DNA of 64,000 nucleotides from Acidimicrobiales bacterium (GCA_038255145.1 JBBSLP010000001.1:3682-67681); one strand, 5' to 3'. Counted from the first letter of the stretch, positions 38,203-47,293 are shown. A program made the numbers and translations. Notes: generated by a model not told the origin, from the sequence alone.

Positions 38203-39150
38203 GTGGTGGACACCCCCGGGCGCCTGTTGCGCCTGCTCTCCCTGCTGCAGACCCGGCCCCGGTGGTCGGGCCCCGAACTGGCCGAACGGCTGGCGGTGAC
38301 CACCCGCACGGTGCGCCGCGACGTCGACCGGTTGCGCAACCTCGGGTATCCCGTGGCCGCGGCCCCCGGCACCGAGGGTGGTTACCAACTGGGGGCCGGT
38401 GGTCGTCTGCCTCCCCTGCTGTTGGACGACGACGAGGCCGTGGCCGTGGCCATCGGGCTGCGCCTGGCTGCGGATGGGAGCGTGTCGGGGCTCGACGACG
38501 CCACCCTGTCGGCCCTGGCCAAGCTGGACCAGGTGCTGCCCGCCCACCTGGGGGCCCGGGTCCGGGCCGTGCACGGGGTGACCCGGGAGTTGGGCCGGCG
38601 CCCGGCCGACCAGGTCGAGGCGTCGACGCTCGTGGCCCTGGCCCAGGCGTGCCGGGGAGGCGAGCGGGTGCGCTTCGCCTACACCGACCGCGCCGGGGCG
38701 GTCAGCGACCGCCTGGCCGACGCCCACCGCCTGGTGCGGGCGGGACCCCGGTGGTACTTCGTGGCCCACGACTGCCTGCGGGCCGACTGGCGCACGTTCC
38801 GGGTGGACCGCATCAGCGAGGCGGTGGCCATCGGGGTGCGGGCCGAGCTCGTCGATCCCCCCGACGCCGTGGAGCTGGTGGCCCGGGGGCTGGCCGTCGG
38901 CGGCTACGAGGTGGTGGCCCGCATCCGCCTGCCGTTGGGGCTCGAAGCCGCTCGCGACCTGCTGCCCCCGAGCGTGGCCACCCTGGTGGCCGACGAGGGG
39001 GAGTCCACGGTGTTCGAGCTCGGCGGTCCGGAGGCGGGCATGGCCGGCTGGCTAGCCGGGCTGCCGTGCCCGGTGGAGGTCCTTGCCCCCGCTGAGCTGC
39101 GGGAACGACTCCGGGCTCACGTTCTGGCCGTGGCCGAAGCCAACCGCTGA
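38203..39150 (+). CDS. YafY-like HTH plus WYL-domain transcriptional regulator
   Basis: RLLRLLSLLQTRPRWSGPELAERLAVTTRTVRRDVDRLRNLGYPV, and a WYL core RWYFVAHDCLRADWRTFRVDRI. Starts 18 nt after the qcrB stop. Confidence 0.85.
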   Translation: MVDTPGRLLRLLSLLQTRPRWSGPELAERLAVTTRTVRRDVDRLRNLGYPVAAAPGTEGGYQLGAGGRLPPLLLDDDEAVAVAIGLRLAADGSVSGLDDATLSALAKLDQVLPAHLGARVRAVHGVTRELGRRPADQVEASTLVALAQACRGGERVRFAYTDRAGAVSDRLADAHRLVRAGPRWYFVAHDCLRADWRTFRVDRISEAVAIGVRAELVDPPDAVELVARGLAVGGYEVVARIRLPLGLEAARDLLPPSVATLVADEGESTVFELGGPEAGMAGWLAGLPCPVEVLAPAELRERLRAHVLAVAEANR

Positions 39151-39220
39151 GCGTGGGGGCTGGGGCCCGGCCCGGGGGTGGACGTGGTTCGCGCCACCCG
39201 GGCACGGGGTACTGCCAGAG

Positions 39221-39811
39221 GTGCCCGCAGCCCAGGCTCCCTACCTGCTCGAGTCGCTCAAGCGCGTCGCCGCCGTCCTGCGCGAAGCCGACGTGCCCTT
39301 CGCCCTGGGCGGGGGGTTGGCTGCGTGGGCCCGGGGTGGTCCACCGACGGAGAAGGACATCGACCTGCTCATCCGGGAGGTGGATGCCGAGCGTTCGCTG
39401 ACCGTGCTGGCCGCGGCGGGGCTCACCGTCGACCGACCGCCCGAGGGCTGGTTGGTCAAGGCCTACGACGGCGATGTGCTCGTCGACCTCATCTATTCGC
39501 CGTCGGGGCTCGAGGTGGACGACGAGCTGCTGGAGCGGTGCGAGGAGATGGGGGTGCACGCCGTGCACATGCGGGTGATGCCCATCGACGACCTGCTGGT
39601 GACCAAGCTGCTGTCGCTGACCGAGCACCACCTCGACTACGGCCCGGTGCTGGAGATCGCCCGGGCCCTACGTGAGCAGATCGGCTGGGAGGACGTGTGG
39701 CGACGCACGTGCCACTCCCCCTTCGCCCGCACCTTTTTCGCCCTGGCCGACGAGCTCGGCATCGAACGACGGACCGTGGAGACCACGACCGTGCCCCAAG
39801 GAGCGTCATGA
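39221..39811 (+). CDS. Pol-beta-fold nucleotidyltransferase family protein
   Basis: PFALGGGLAAWARGGPPTEKDIDLLI (G[GS]...DxD) followed by VLVDLIY (third acidic residue). The start is uncertain (GTG 39221 chosen; the track ORF from 39083 overlaps the WYL gene). Confidence 0.65.
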   Translation: MPAAQAPYLLESLKRVAAVLREADVPFALGGGLAAWARGGPPTEKDIDLLIREVDAERSLTVLAAAGLTVDRPPEGWLVKAYDGDVLVDLIYSPSGLEVDDELLERCEEMGVHAVHMRVMPIDDLLVTKLLSLTEHHLDYGPVLEIARALREQIGWEDVWRRTCHSPFARTFFALADELGIERRTVETTTVPQGAS

Positions 39812-40119
39812 CACGAGGACAGGACGGCACCGTGCCGGGCGCAGCGCCCGCGGCGACCCCGGTGCCCGACGAATACGTGATCGGCCACATCGAGGAGGCC
39901 CTGGGCCAGGACGGCCGGGTCGGGGAACGGGGCCTGCACGTCGAGGTGCGGGGCACGACCCTGCTGGTGGACGGGACCGTGGCCAACGCCGCCCGCAAGG
40001 CGGCCGTGGTTCCCGTGGTCGAGGCCGCCCTGGGCGAGCTCGACCGCCAGCTGGTGGTGCGGGACGAGACCGTGGTGGCCAACGCGGCCCCACCCGTGGG
40101 CATGGAGGAGGTCAGGTGA
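39808..40119 (+). CDS. Small BON-domain-like protein
   Basis: ATGA overlap with the NTase stop. HIEEALGQDGRVGERGLHVEVRGTTLLVDGTVANAARKAAVVPVVEAALG fits the BON pattern. Confidence 0.55.
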   Translation: MTRGQDGTVPGAAPAATPVPDEYVIGHIEEALGQDGRVGERGLHVEVRGTTLLVDGTVANAARKAAVVPVVEAALGELDRQLVVRDETVVANAAPPVGMEEVR

Positions 40120-40880
40120 TCCGCATCGCCGCCGTAGGAGACGTCCACGCCGGGCTGGACTCGCAGCGCCAGATCGCCCCCGGCTTCGAGGGCATCGGAG
40201 AGCGGGCCGACGTGCTGTTGCTGGCCGGGGACCTGACCCGGTGCGGGACCCCGGAGGAGGCCAAGGTCTTCGCTGACGAGCTGGCCGAGGTCGCCATCCC
40301 CAAGCTGGCCATCCTCGGCAACCACGACCACCACGACGAGCGGGTGGACGAGGTCATCGCCGCCCTGACCGAGGGGGGGATCGAGGTCATCGACGGGACC
40401 AACAAGGTGCTCGAGGTGGCTGGGGCCCGTCTGGGCGTGGCCGGGGCCAAGGGCTTCGGTGGTGGGTTCGCCGGGGCCTGTGGCTCGGCCTTCGGCGAGC
40501 CCGAGATGAAGGCCTTCGCCCGCCACACCATGGAGCTGTCGGACCGGCTCGAGGACTCACTGCGCGACCTCGATGACGTCGACGTGCGGGTGGCGCTGTT
40601 GCACTACTCCCCCATCCCCGAGACCCTGGTGGGCGAGCGACTGGAGATCTACCCCTTCCTGGGCAGCTACCTGCTGGCCGAGGCCGTCGATGCCGCCGGC
40701 GCCCACCTCGTGTTGCACGGCCACGCCCACGCCGGCACCGAGCACGGCGTCACCCCCGGTGGGGTGCCGGTGCGCAACGTGGCCCAGCCCGTGATCGGCG
40801 CCGCCTACCGGGTGTACACGGTGGCCACCGACGGCTCCCTGCCCATGCACAGCGCCACCGTGCCGCCCCACCCCCACTGA
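40116..40880 (+). CDS. Calcineurin-like metallophosphoesterase
   Basis: GTGA overlap with the previous gene. Motifs GDVH, LLAGDLT, LGNHD, LLHYSP and LHGHAH are all present. Confidence 0.85.
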   Translation: MIRIAAVGDVHAGLDSQRQIAPGFEGIGERADVLLLAGDLTRCGTPEEAKVFADELAEVAIPKLAILGNHDHHDERVDEVIAALTEGGIEVIDGTNKVLEVAGARLGVAGAKGFGGGFAGACGSAFGEPEMKAFARHTMELSDRLEDSLRDLDDVDVRVALLHYSPIPETLVGERLEIYPFLGSYLLAEAVDAAGAHLVLHGHAHAGTEHGVTPGGVPVRNVAQPVIGAAYRVYTVATDGSLPMHSATVPPHPH

Positions 40881-40955
40881 GCGGTCGGCGGCGGGTGGCC
40901 GCTGCGGCCGGGCCACCTGGCGGCGGGCGCTCGGCCGGCGAACCGAACGCGTGCA

Positions 40956-40974
40956 CCCGTCCTCTCGGGACGGG
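40956..40974. terminator. Stem-loop downstream of the phosphoesterase gene
   Basis: CCCGTCC tctcg GGACGGG: 7-bp stem, 5-nt loop. Confidence 0.35.
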
Positions 40975-41130
40975 CTCATGCGTTCAGTCGCGGACAGCAA
41001 CTCCATCGCCTGGCGCGTGTCGTGATGTGGTTCCACCAGGCGGGCGCGTCGGTCTCCGGGCGGACGCGGGCGAGGTACGCCGCCCGGTAGTCCTCGTCCG
41101 CGGTGCCGTAGAACACGCTGGCGAGCGCCA

Positions 41131-41167
41131 CGGGCCACCGGGCCACCGGGCCACCGGGCCACCGGGC
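41131..41167. repeat. 8-bp microsatellite (CGGGCCAC) x4 plus a partial fifth unit
   Basis: cgggccac cgggccac cgggccac cgggccac cgggca. Four perfect units; the unit length is not a multiple of 3. Confidence 0.95.
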
Positions 41168-41190
41168 ATATGGCGGCCGGCCCGTTCGGC

Positions 41191-41208
41191 CGAATCGATA
41201 TCGAATCG
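41191..41208 (+). promoter_or_regulatory. Direct-repeat motif CGAATCG-ATAT-CGAATCG (copy 2 of 3)
   Basis: Same heptamer pair with the same 11-bp register as at 17767, about 110 bp upstream of the DUF222-HNH gene. Confidence 0.35.
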
Positions 41209-41280
41209 GAGCAACGGACGGCGGGGTGATCTCACTCTGAGGAGTGCTACTGACCGTGGTCGACAGGTCATGGAGAAATG

Positions 41281-41296
41281 TCGAACATCTGTTCGT
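41281..41296 (+). promoter_or_regulatory. LexA (SOS) box, actinobacterial type
   Basis: TCGAACATCTGTTCGT matches TCGAAC-N4-GTTCGA at 11 of 12 specified positions. It lies 24 nt upstream of ATG 41320 in a locally AT-richer stretch. Confidence 0.65.
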
Positions 41297-41319
41297 AATT
41301 GCCTCATAACCCTGCTAAC

Positions 41320-42525
41320 ATGGCCCACATGGCGGCCGGCGAAGACCTCGACATCGAGGCGTGGATCATGACGTTGGCCGCCGTCGACGAAGACGAGATC
41401 CGCCGCCTCGGCGTACGGCAACTGGCGTTGGACGCCGCCCGCCTGGTCAACGCTGCGTCCGCGTTCGCCGCGCTCACCAGCGACGCGCTCGACCGCAGCG
41501 ACGAATGGGCCGCGGGCGGGGCGACATCGGCGGCCCAGTGGCTGGCCGCCCGCACCGGGAGCGCCCCACGCGTCCACCGGGGTCGGATCCGAGACGGGAA
41601 GGCCCTGCGCCTGCTGCCCTCGCTGGCCCCACCGGCCCGGGCGGGGACCCTGTCTGCCGAGCACGTGCGCTCAGTGTCAGCGTGCGTGGCCAAACACCCG
41701 ACCCTGGCTGTCGAGGACGCGGCGGCCCTGGTCGGCCAGGCGCTCGAGCTCGACGCGCCGGCCTACGCCATCGCCACCCGCCGGTGGACTGAACAAGCTG
41801 ACAACGCCGCTGAACTGCCTGGATCTACTCCTGATCCCCACTCCGAGCTCTTCCACGCCACCACGGCCGACGACTGCGGTGAACTGCAGGGGACCTTCGC
41901 CCCCGATGACAACGCCATCCTCGCCGCCGGCATCCAGGCCGGGTTCGACCGCCTCCTCCGCGCCGCCCATGATGGCGACCCCGCCCTCGCCGGCAAGTCC
42001 GCCTCCGCTCTGCGAGCCATGGCGCTCGTCGACCTCGTGGCCCAGTCCATGCGACGCGAACCGTCCGAACGCTCAGTGCCGGACAGGTACCGGGTTGCGG
42101 TGACCGTGCCCTACGACGTGGCCAGTGAGCCGCCCATGGCGACGTGTGACGCCACCATGTTCCGGGTCGTGCTCAACGCTGACGGTGAGGTTCTCGACGT
42201 CGGGCGGGACACCCCGCGATGGCCCCGTGGTGTTCGTCGGGCTGTCACCATCCGTGACCAGGGGTGCATCTTCCCCGGCTGCGATCGCCCACCAGGGCAT
42301 TGCGACATCCACCACTGTCGACCCTGGGAACACGGCGGCGAGACCAAGGTCGACAACGGCGCTCTGCTGTGTCGAAGACATCACACCTTCCTCCACAAAG
42401 AGAGATGGTCCATCGAGTTCCATGGTCGACGGCCACAGGTCCACCGGCCGGACGGCAGCGTGTTCACCATCGTGCCCTGGCGTGCCGACGCGCCCGGTGA
42501 CGGCCCGAACGAGGAGGCCGCATGA
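41320..42525 (+). CDS. DUF222-domain HNH endonuclease (13E12-repeat-like family)
   Basis: N-terminal DUF222-like region. C-terminal HNH: IRDQGCIFPGCDRPPGHCDIHHCRPWEHGGETKVDNGALLCRRHHTFLH. Possible alternative leaderless start at ATG 41329. Confidence 0.85.
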   Translation: MAHMAAGEDLDIEAWIMTLAAVDEDEIRRLGVRQLALDAARLVNAASAFAALTSDALDRSDEWAAGGATSAAQWLAARTGSAPRVHRGRIRDGKALRLLPSLAPPARAGTLSAEHVRSVSACVAKHPTLAVEDAAALVGQALELDAPAYAIATRRWTEQADNAAELPGSTPDPHSELFHATTADDCGELQGTFAPDDNAILAAGIQAGFDRLLRAAHDGDPALAGKSASALRAMALVDLVAQSMRREPSERSVPDRYRVAVTVPYDVASEPPMATCDATMFRVVLNADGEVLDVGRDTPRWPRGVRRAVTIRDQGCIFPGCDRPPGHCDIHHCRPWEHGGETKVDNGALLCRRHHTFLHKERWSIEFHGRRPQVHRPDGSVFTIVPWRADAPGDGPNEEAA

Positions 42526-42599
42526 TCCGGACAGCGGACGAGCCACCGGCCCGGCAGCAGCGGGGCGGCGGCGAGAACCCGGCACCCGGACGCCACCGG

Positions 42600-42642
42600 G
42601 GCCGGGAGCAGTGGGGTCTCCACACCCACACCGCTCCCGGCC
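42600..42642. terminator. Long-loop stem-loop between convergent genes
   Basis: GGCCGGGAGC ... GCTCCCGGCC: 10-bp perfect stem, 23-nt loop. Confidence 0.3.
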
Positions 42643-42681
42643 TCGGCGATCGTGAGGCACCACACCCAGGGGGCGCCAGGC

Positions 42682-43368
42682 TCAGGCGCCGATGGCCTGC
42701 AACAGGTGCTCGGAGGGAGCGATGGCGCCGAAGACGCCGCCCTGCATGGTGACCATCTTGAGGGCGGCTTCGTAGTTGCCCTTGTCGGTGGCTCCGGTGC
42801 AGTCGGTCAGCAGCAGGCACTCGTAGCCCCGGTCGTTGGCGTCACGCATGGTCGTGTGCACGCACACGTCGGTGGTGATGCCGGTGAAGACCAGGTGGGT
42901 GATGCCCGCCGTGCGCAACAACAGGTCGAGGTCGGTGGCGTAGAAGGACCCCTTGCCGGGCTTGTCGATGATGAGCTCGCCGTCGATGGGGGCGACCTCG
43001 GGCACGATCTCCCAGCCCGGCTCCCCCCGTACGAGGATGCGCCCACAGGCACTGACGTCACCGATGCCGGCGTTGATGCGCTTGGAGCGCCACAGCTTGT
43101 TGGGCGGGCAGTCCGACAGGTCGGGCCGGTGCCCTTCACGGGTGTGGATGATGGTCCACCCCTCGTTGCGGGCCGCGTCCAGCACCCGGGCGGTGGGCTC
43201 GAGCCCGGCCCGGGTCAGGGACAGGTCGTAACCCATCGAATCCACGTAGCCACCAGGCCCGCAGAAGTCGACCTGCCAGTCGATGAGCACCAGGGCTGTC
43301 CGGGCGGGATCGATGGGACCGTCGTAGGGCCAGGGGTAGGGGTTGGCGTCGACGACGCGCTCGGTCAT
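42682..43368 (-). CDS. Isochorismatase-family cysteine hydrolase (BiuH/RutB-like amidohydrolase)
   Basis: Catalytic Asp (LVLIDWQVDF), Lys (IIDKPGKGSFY) and Cys (FTGITTDVCVHTT) contexts are all present. Confidence 0.8.
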   Translation of the reverse strand: MTERVVDANPYPWPYDGPIDPARTALVLIDWQVDFCGPGGYVDSMGYDLSLTRAGLEPTARVLDAARNEGWTIIHTREGHRPDLSDCPPNKLWRSKRINAGIGDVSACGRILVRGEPGWEIVPEVAPIDGELIIDKPGKGSFYATDLDLLLRTAGITHLVFTGITTDVCVHTTMRDANDRGYECLLLTDCTGATDKGNYEAALKMVTMQGGVFGAIAPSEHLLQAIGA

Positions 43369-44012
43369 GGCTGCTCCCGGGTCTGCAGGGCGTTGGGCAG
43401 GTCAGCGTGAGGTTGGAGGAGGGCAAGGGCGGCCAGCAGCTCGGTACTGGTGCCGATGGCGCCGAAGATGCCGCCCGACATGGTGATGCTGGACAGCGCC
43501 CCGGCTGCGGTGTCGTCACCGAAGGGGGCGACGGCGTCGACCAGGGTCAGGCACTCGTAGCCCCGGTCGTTGGCCCCCCGCAGGGTGCACTCGACGGTGG
43601 CCTCGTAGCCGTAGCCGACCAGGACCAGCCGGTCGAGGCCCCGACGGCGCAGCTCGTGGTCGAGCGTGCTGCCGAAGAAGCCGTCCATGCCCACGGCTGC
43701 GACCACGACGTCGGCCACGCCAGCGATGTCGAGCGGGTCGGCCTCCGGGGTACCGGGCAGCGGGGGCAGGGCGGGGCGGGGGCCCCGGTCCAGCACCACT
43801 GTGGGGGCCAGATGGGTCACGACGACGATCTGGCCACCGGTGGCCCGCACCGCGGCCGCCACCCGGTCGATGACCGCAGCCACGGCGTCGACGTGGAGCG
43901 AGCGGCCCCGCCAGGCCGGCTGGGCCCCGGCCACCACCAGAGCGGTGCGTCGGGGGTCCAGCCGGCCGTCATAGGGCCACGGATAAGGATCGGTGCGATC
44001 GACCGTGTTCAT
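43365..44012 (-). CDS. Isochorismatase-like paralogue lacking the catalytic triad
   Basis: Shares DPYPWPYDG...RTALV and RGANDRGYEC...MSGGIFGAI with its neighbour. The triad positions read VVAGAQ (Asp lost), VAAVGMDGFF (Lys lost) and GYGYEATVECT (Cys replaced by Thr). ATGA overlap with the downstream active copy. Confidence 0.75.
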   Translation of the reverse strand: MNTVDRTDPYPWPYDGRLDPRRTALVVAGAQPAWRGRSLHVDAVAAVIDRVAAAVRATGGQIVVVTHLAPTVVLDRGPRPALPPLPGTPEADPLDIAGVADVVVAAVGMDGFFGSTLDHELRRRGLDRLVLVGYGYEATVECTLRGANDRGYECLTLVDAVAPFGDDTAAGALSSITMSGGIFGAIGTSTELLAALALLQPHADLPNALQTREQP

Positions 44013-44036
44013 CGCGGTGATGTCCGGGAGCCCAGA

Positions 44037-45206
44037 TCAGGACTTGGGGATGTTGCCGACGACGCCCTTGATGAAGTAGCCCATCGAGTCGACGGCGGCG
44101 GCGTCCAACGTGGTCCCGGCAGGCACGACGGGCTTGCCGTCCTGGCCGTCGATGGGCCCGGTGAACACCGACTGGGTCTTGGAGAAGCCGGCCTTGGCCG
44201 TGTCCACGGCCTTCTTCACGTCGGCGGGCACCTTGGAGCCGAACTCGGACTCGACGAAGGGGTTCTCGCCCGAGGCGAAGCCGGCCCGGTAGTTGGCGTT
44301 GTACTTCGAACCGGTGAAGTCCCCGTCGATGGCCGTCTTCACGATGTCGTTGTAGAGGGCGTCCCACGACCACTCCGAACCGGCGATCCAGCCGTTGGGG
44401 GCCAGGCTGGAGGCGTCGGCGTGGTAGCCGACGATCATGGCCCCGGCGGCCTCGGCCGCCTTGACCACGGTGGCCTGGCAGTCCTGGTGCTGGGTCAGTA
44501 CGTCGACCCCCTGGCCCAACAGGCTGGCGGCGGCATCGGCCTGCTTGGCCGGGTCACACCAGTTGCTGGTGTTGACGGTGATGGTCTCAGCCGCAGGGTT
44601 GACCGACCTGGCGCCCAACTCGAAGGCGTTGATGTTGGCCAGGGTCTGGGGGATGGGGAAGGCGTACACGTAGCCCAGCTTGTTGGACTTCGTCATCTTC
44701 CCGGCCACGATCCCCGCCAGGTACACCGGCTCGTACACGGTGCCGAAGAAGGTGCCCTCGTTGGGGGTGATGGTCCCGCTGATGGTGTTGCCCTGCTGCA
44801 CCACGACCACGTCGGGGTGGGCGGCAGCGACCTGCACGGCGGCGTCGAGGTGGCCGTAGCTGGTGGCGAAGAGGACCTTGGCCCCCTTGGCGATCATGCC
44901 CTCCATGACCCGGGCGGCCTCGTCGGTCTCGGGCACGTTCTCGGCGGTGATGACCTCGATGTCGGGGAAGGCCTTCTTCACGGCCTGCGAACCGGCGTAG
45001 GCGGCCTGGTTGTAGCCATAGTCGTCCTTGGGGCCGACGAAGATGAAGCCGACGGCCTCGGACCCCTCGCCGGGGGCGGCGGTCGCGCCGTCCGCACCGG
45101 TGGTGGCCGAGGCGGCCCCGCCGTCGTTGCTGCTGCAGGCGCCGGCCACCAGGGCCAGTCCCGCGATCATCGCCACGGCGGCGCGTCTGCGAAGGGTGTT
45201 GCTCAC
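44037..45206 (-). CDS. BMP-family (PnrA-like) ABC transporter substrate-binding lipoprotein
   Basis: MSNTLRRRAAVAMIAGLALVAGACSSN has a lipobox. GFIFVGPKDDYGYNQAAYAGS is typical of BMP/Med family proteins. Confidence 0.85.
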   Translation of the reverse strand: MSNTLRRRAAVAMIAGLALVAGACSSNDGGAASATTGADGATAAPGEGSEAVGFIFVGPKDDYGYNQAAYAGSQAVKKAFPDIEVITAENVPETDEAARVMEGMIAKGAKVLFATSYGHLDAAVQVAAAHPDVVVVQQGNTISGTITPNEGTFFGTVYEPVYLAGIVAGKMTKSNKLGYVYAFPIPQTLANINAFELGARSVNPAAETITVNTSNWCDPAKQADAAASLLGQGVDVLTQHQDCQATVVKAAEAAGAMIVGYHADASSLAPNGWIAGSEWSWDALYNDIVKTAIDGDFTGSKYNANYRAGFASGENPFVESEFGSKVPADVKKAVDTAKAGFSKTQSVFTGPIDGQDGKPVVPAGTTLDAAAVDSMGYFIKGVVGNIPKS

Positions 45207-45320
45207 GGTGATGTGCCTTCTTTCATGACCTGGTCTATGAGGGAGGAGACGCGGCAGGGGAAGCCCCCCGCCGCTGGTACCGCAGCCGCAGCTACGGCCG
45301 CAGCTGGTGCGCGGGAGCTG

Positions 45321-46238
45321 CTAGCCGAAGACGGCTTTGAGGCCTTCGGGGACCTGGGCGGCCCGCTTGCGGCCCAGGGCCACGAGCACGACGATGATGG
45401 CCAGGTAGGGGATCGACGCCAGGGCGAACTGGTTGTTCAGCACGGGGATGTCGACGTTGCGGGCCTGCAGGGCCGGGGACAGGGCCAGAGCGGCTCCGAA
45501 CAGGTAGGCCCCGGCCGCCACCTTGAGGGGCTGGCGGGCGGCGAAGATGACCACGGCGCAGGCGATGAAACCCCGGCCCTGGGTCATGTTCTCGAACCAC
45601 GAGTTGGCGTAGGCCGTGGACAGCTGGGCACCGCCGATGCCGGCGAGCATGCCGCCGAGGATGACAGCGATGAACTGCACCCGCAGGGCGGGGTGGCCGT
45701 AGGTCTCCAACACCTCGCTGCGCTCCCCCGCCCCCCGGATCAACATGCCCCAGCGGCTGCGGTACAGCACCCACCAGGCCGCCGGTACCAACAGGTACGA
45801 CAGGTACGTCAGCGGGTCGTGCTGGAAGAACACCTCGCCGATGAAGGGGATCTTGGACAGGCCGGGGATGTTCCAGACCGTGAACGAGTTCACCGTCCTG
45901 GACACGTAGGCCGCCCCGTAGAGCGAGGTCAGGCCCAGACCGAGGAACACCACCACCAGGCCCGTGGCCAGCTGGTTCGACTTGCGGGTGAGCACGAACC
46001 AGGCGTGGATGGCGGCCATCATGCCGCCGCCCACGGCGGCGCCGATGAGGCCCACCCAGGGGTTGCCGGCCTCGGCCGTCACCGCGTAGCCGGCCAGGGC
46101 GCCCACGAGCATGGAGCCCTCGGTGCCCAGGTTGACCACTCCGGCCGATTCGGAGAAGGACTCCCCGATGGCCGCGTACATGATGCAGGTTCCGCCGGAG
46201 ATGGCCCCGGCCATCACCTCGGTGACCAGGCTGCTCAT
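45321..46238 (-). CDS. ABC transporter permease (BMP-type system)
   Basis: Real start at ATG 46238 ([16 protein letters not shown]...), with an ATGA overlap to the upstream permease. The 902-aa track ORF is a read-through of shadow frames. Confidence 0.85.
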   Translation of the reverse strand: MSSLVTEVMAGAISGGTCIMYAAIGESFSESAGVVNLGTEGSMLVGALAGYAVTAEAGNPWVGLIGAAVGGGMMAAIHAWFVLTRKSNQLATGLVVVFLGLGLTSLYGAAYVSRTVNSFTVWNIPGLSKIPFIGEVFFQHDPLTYLSYLLVPAAWWVLYRSRWGMLIRGAGERSEVLETYGHPALRVQFIAVILGGMLAGIGGAQLSTAYANSWFENMTQGRGFIACAVVIFAARQPLKVAAGAYLFGAALALSPALQARNVDIPVLNNQFALASIPYLAIIVVLVALGRKRAAQVPEGLKAVFG

Positions 46239-47293
46239 CGAACCCCCTCCTTCTTCGCCGTCCAACCGAACACGGCCAGCAGCACCAGGGCCATCAGCAC
46301 GTTCACCGTGGCCGCCGGCAGCTGGGAATCGAGCTGCAGGCTGTCGCCCGAGATGGAGATCGCCGCCAGCACCAGGGCGGCCACCGCCACCTGGATGGGC
46401 TTGTGACGGGCCAGCCAGCTGGCCAGGAAGGCGATGTAGCCGTAGCTGGCCAGGAAGCCCGGGCGCAGCTTGAACTCGGCCCCGGCCAGCTGGGTGAAGC
46501 CACCGAGACCGGCCAGGGCGCCACCCACGGCCATGGCGCTGGCCAGCAGCACGGCCACCTTGAAGCCCGAGCGGCGGGCGGCCTCGGCGTTGCCCCCCAC
46601 GACCTGGAGCTTGAAGCCCCACCGGGTCGAGCGCAGCACCCACCAGATGACGCCCGTGGCCACGACGGCCAGCAGGATGCCGGCGTGCACGGTGGCCTTG
46701 CCCAGGCTGAGCAGGGGCAGCCGCTCGGCCACGGGCAGGGCGGCCGACGTGGGCTGACCTCCGCCCTTGACGTCCTTCCACGGGTCGTAGATGAGGAAGA
46801 ACATGACGTTGAGGGCCACGTAGTTGAGCAGCAGGGTGGTGACGGCCTCGTTGATGCCCACCTTGACCCGCAGCAGGCCGGCGATCCCCGCCCAGATGGC
46901 GCCGCCACAAGCGGCGGCGACGGCCATGAGCACCAGGGTCATGGTCCCGGGCCAGGCCCCGTCCGACAGCCGGGCCACCCAGGCCGCGGCCACCCCGCCG
47001 ATGATGAGCTGGCCCTCGCCCCCCACGTTGACCAGGCCGGCCCGGGCGGGCACGGCCACGGCCAGGGCGGCGAGGATGAGGGGGGTGGCCTTGACGACGA
47101 TGCCCGACAGGGCGGTGTCCCTGGTCAGGCTCTCGAACATGGAGCTGTAGGCGTCGATGGGGTTGGCGCCCTTGGTCCACATGAGGACACCGAAGATGAC
47201 GAGGGCGCCGAAGATGGCCGCCACCCAGCGGCCGATGGCGATGATGGCGGGGTGGACCTCGGTCTTGGCCGGGGCGAAGGTGGCCGTGGTCAT
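46235..47293 (-). CDS. ABC transporter permease (BMP-type system)
   Basis: 352 aa, multi-TM. ATGA overlap with the ATPase gene. Confidence 0.85.
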   Translation of the reverse strand: MTTATFAPAKTEVHPAIIAIGRWVAAIFGALVIFGVLMWTKGANPIDAYSSMFESLTRDTALSGIVVKATPLILAALAVAVPARAGLVNVGGEGQLIIGGVAAAWVARLSDGAWPGTMTLVLMAVAAACGGAIWAGIAGLLRVKVGINEAVTTLLLNYVALNVMFFLIYDPWKDVKGGGQPTSAALPVAERLPLLSLGKATVHAGILLAVVATGVIWWVLRSTRWGFKLQVVGGNAEAARRSGFKVAVLLASAMAVGGALAGLGGFTQLAGAEFKLRPGFLASYGYIAFLASWLARHKPIQVAVAALVLAAISISGDSLQLDSQLPAATVNVLMALVLLAVFGWTAKKEGVR

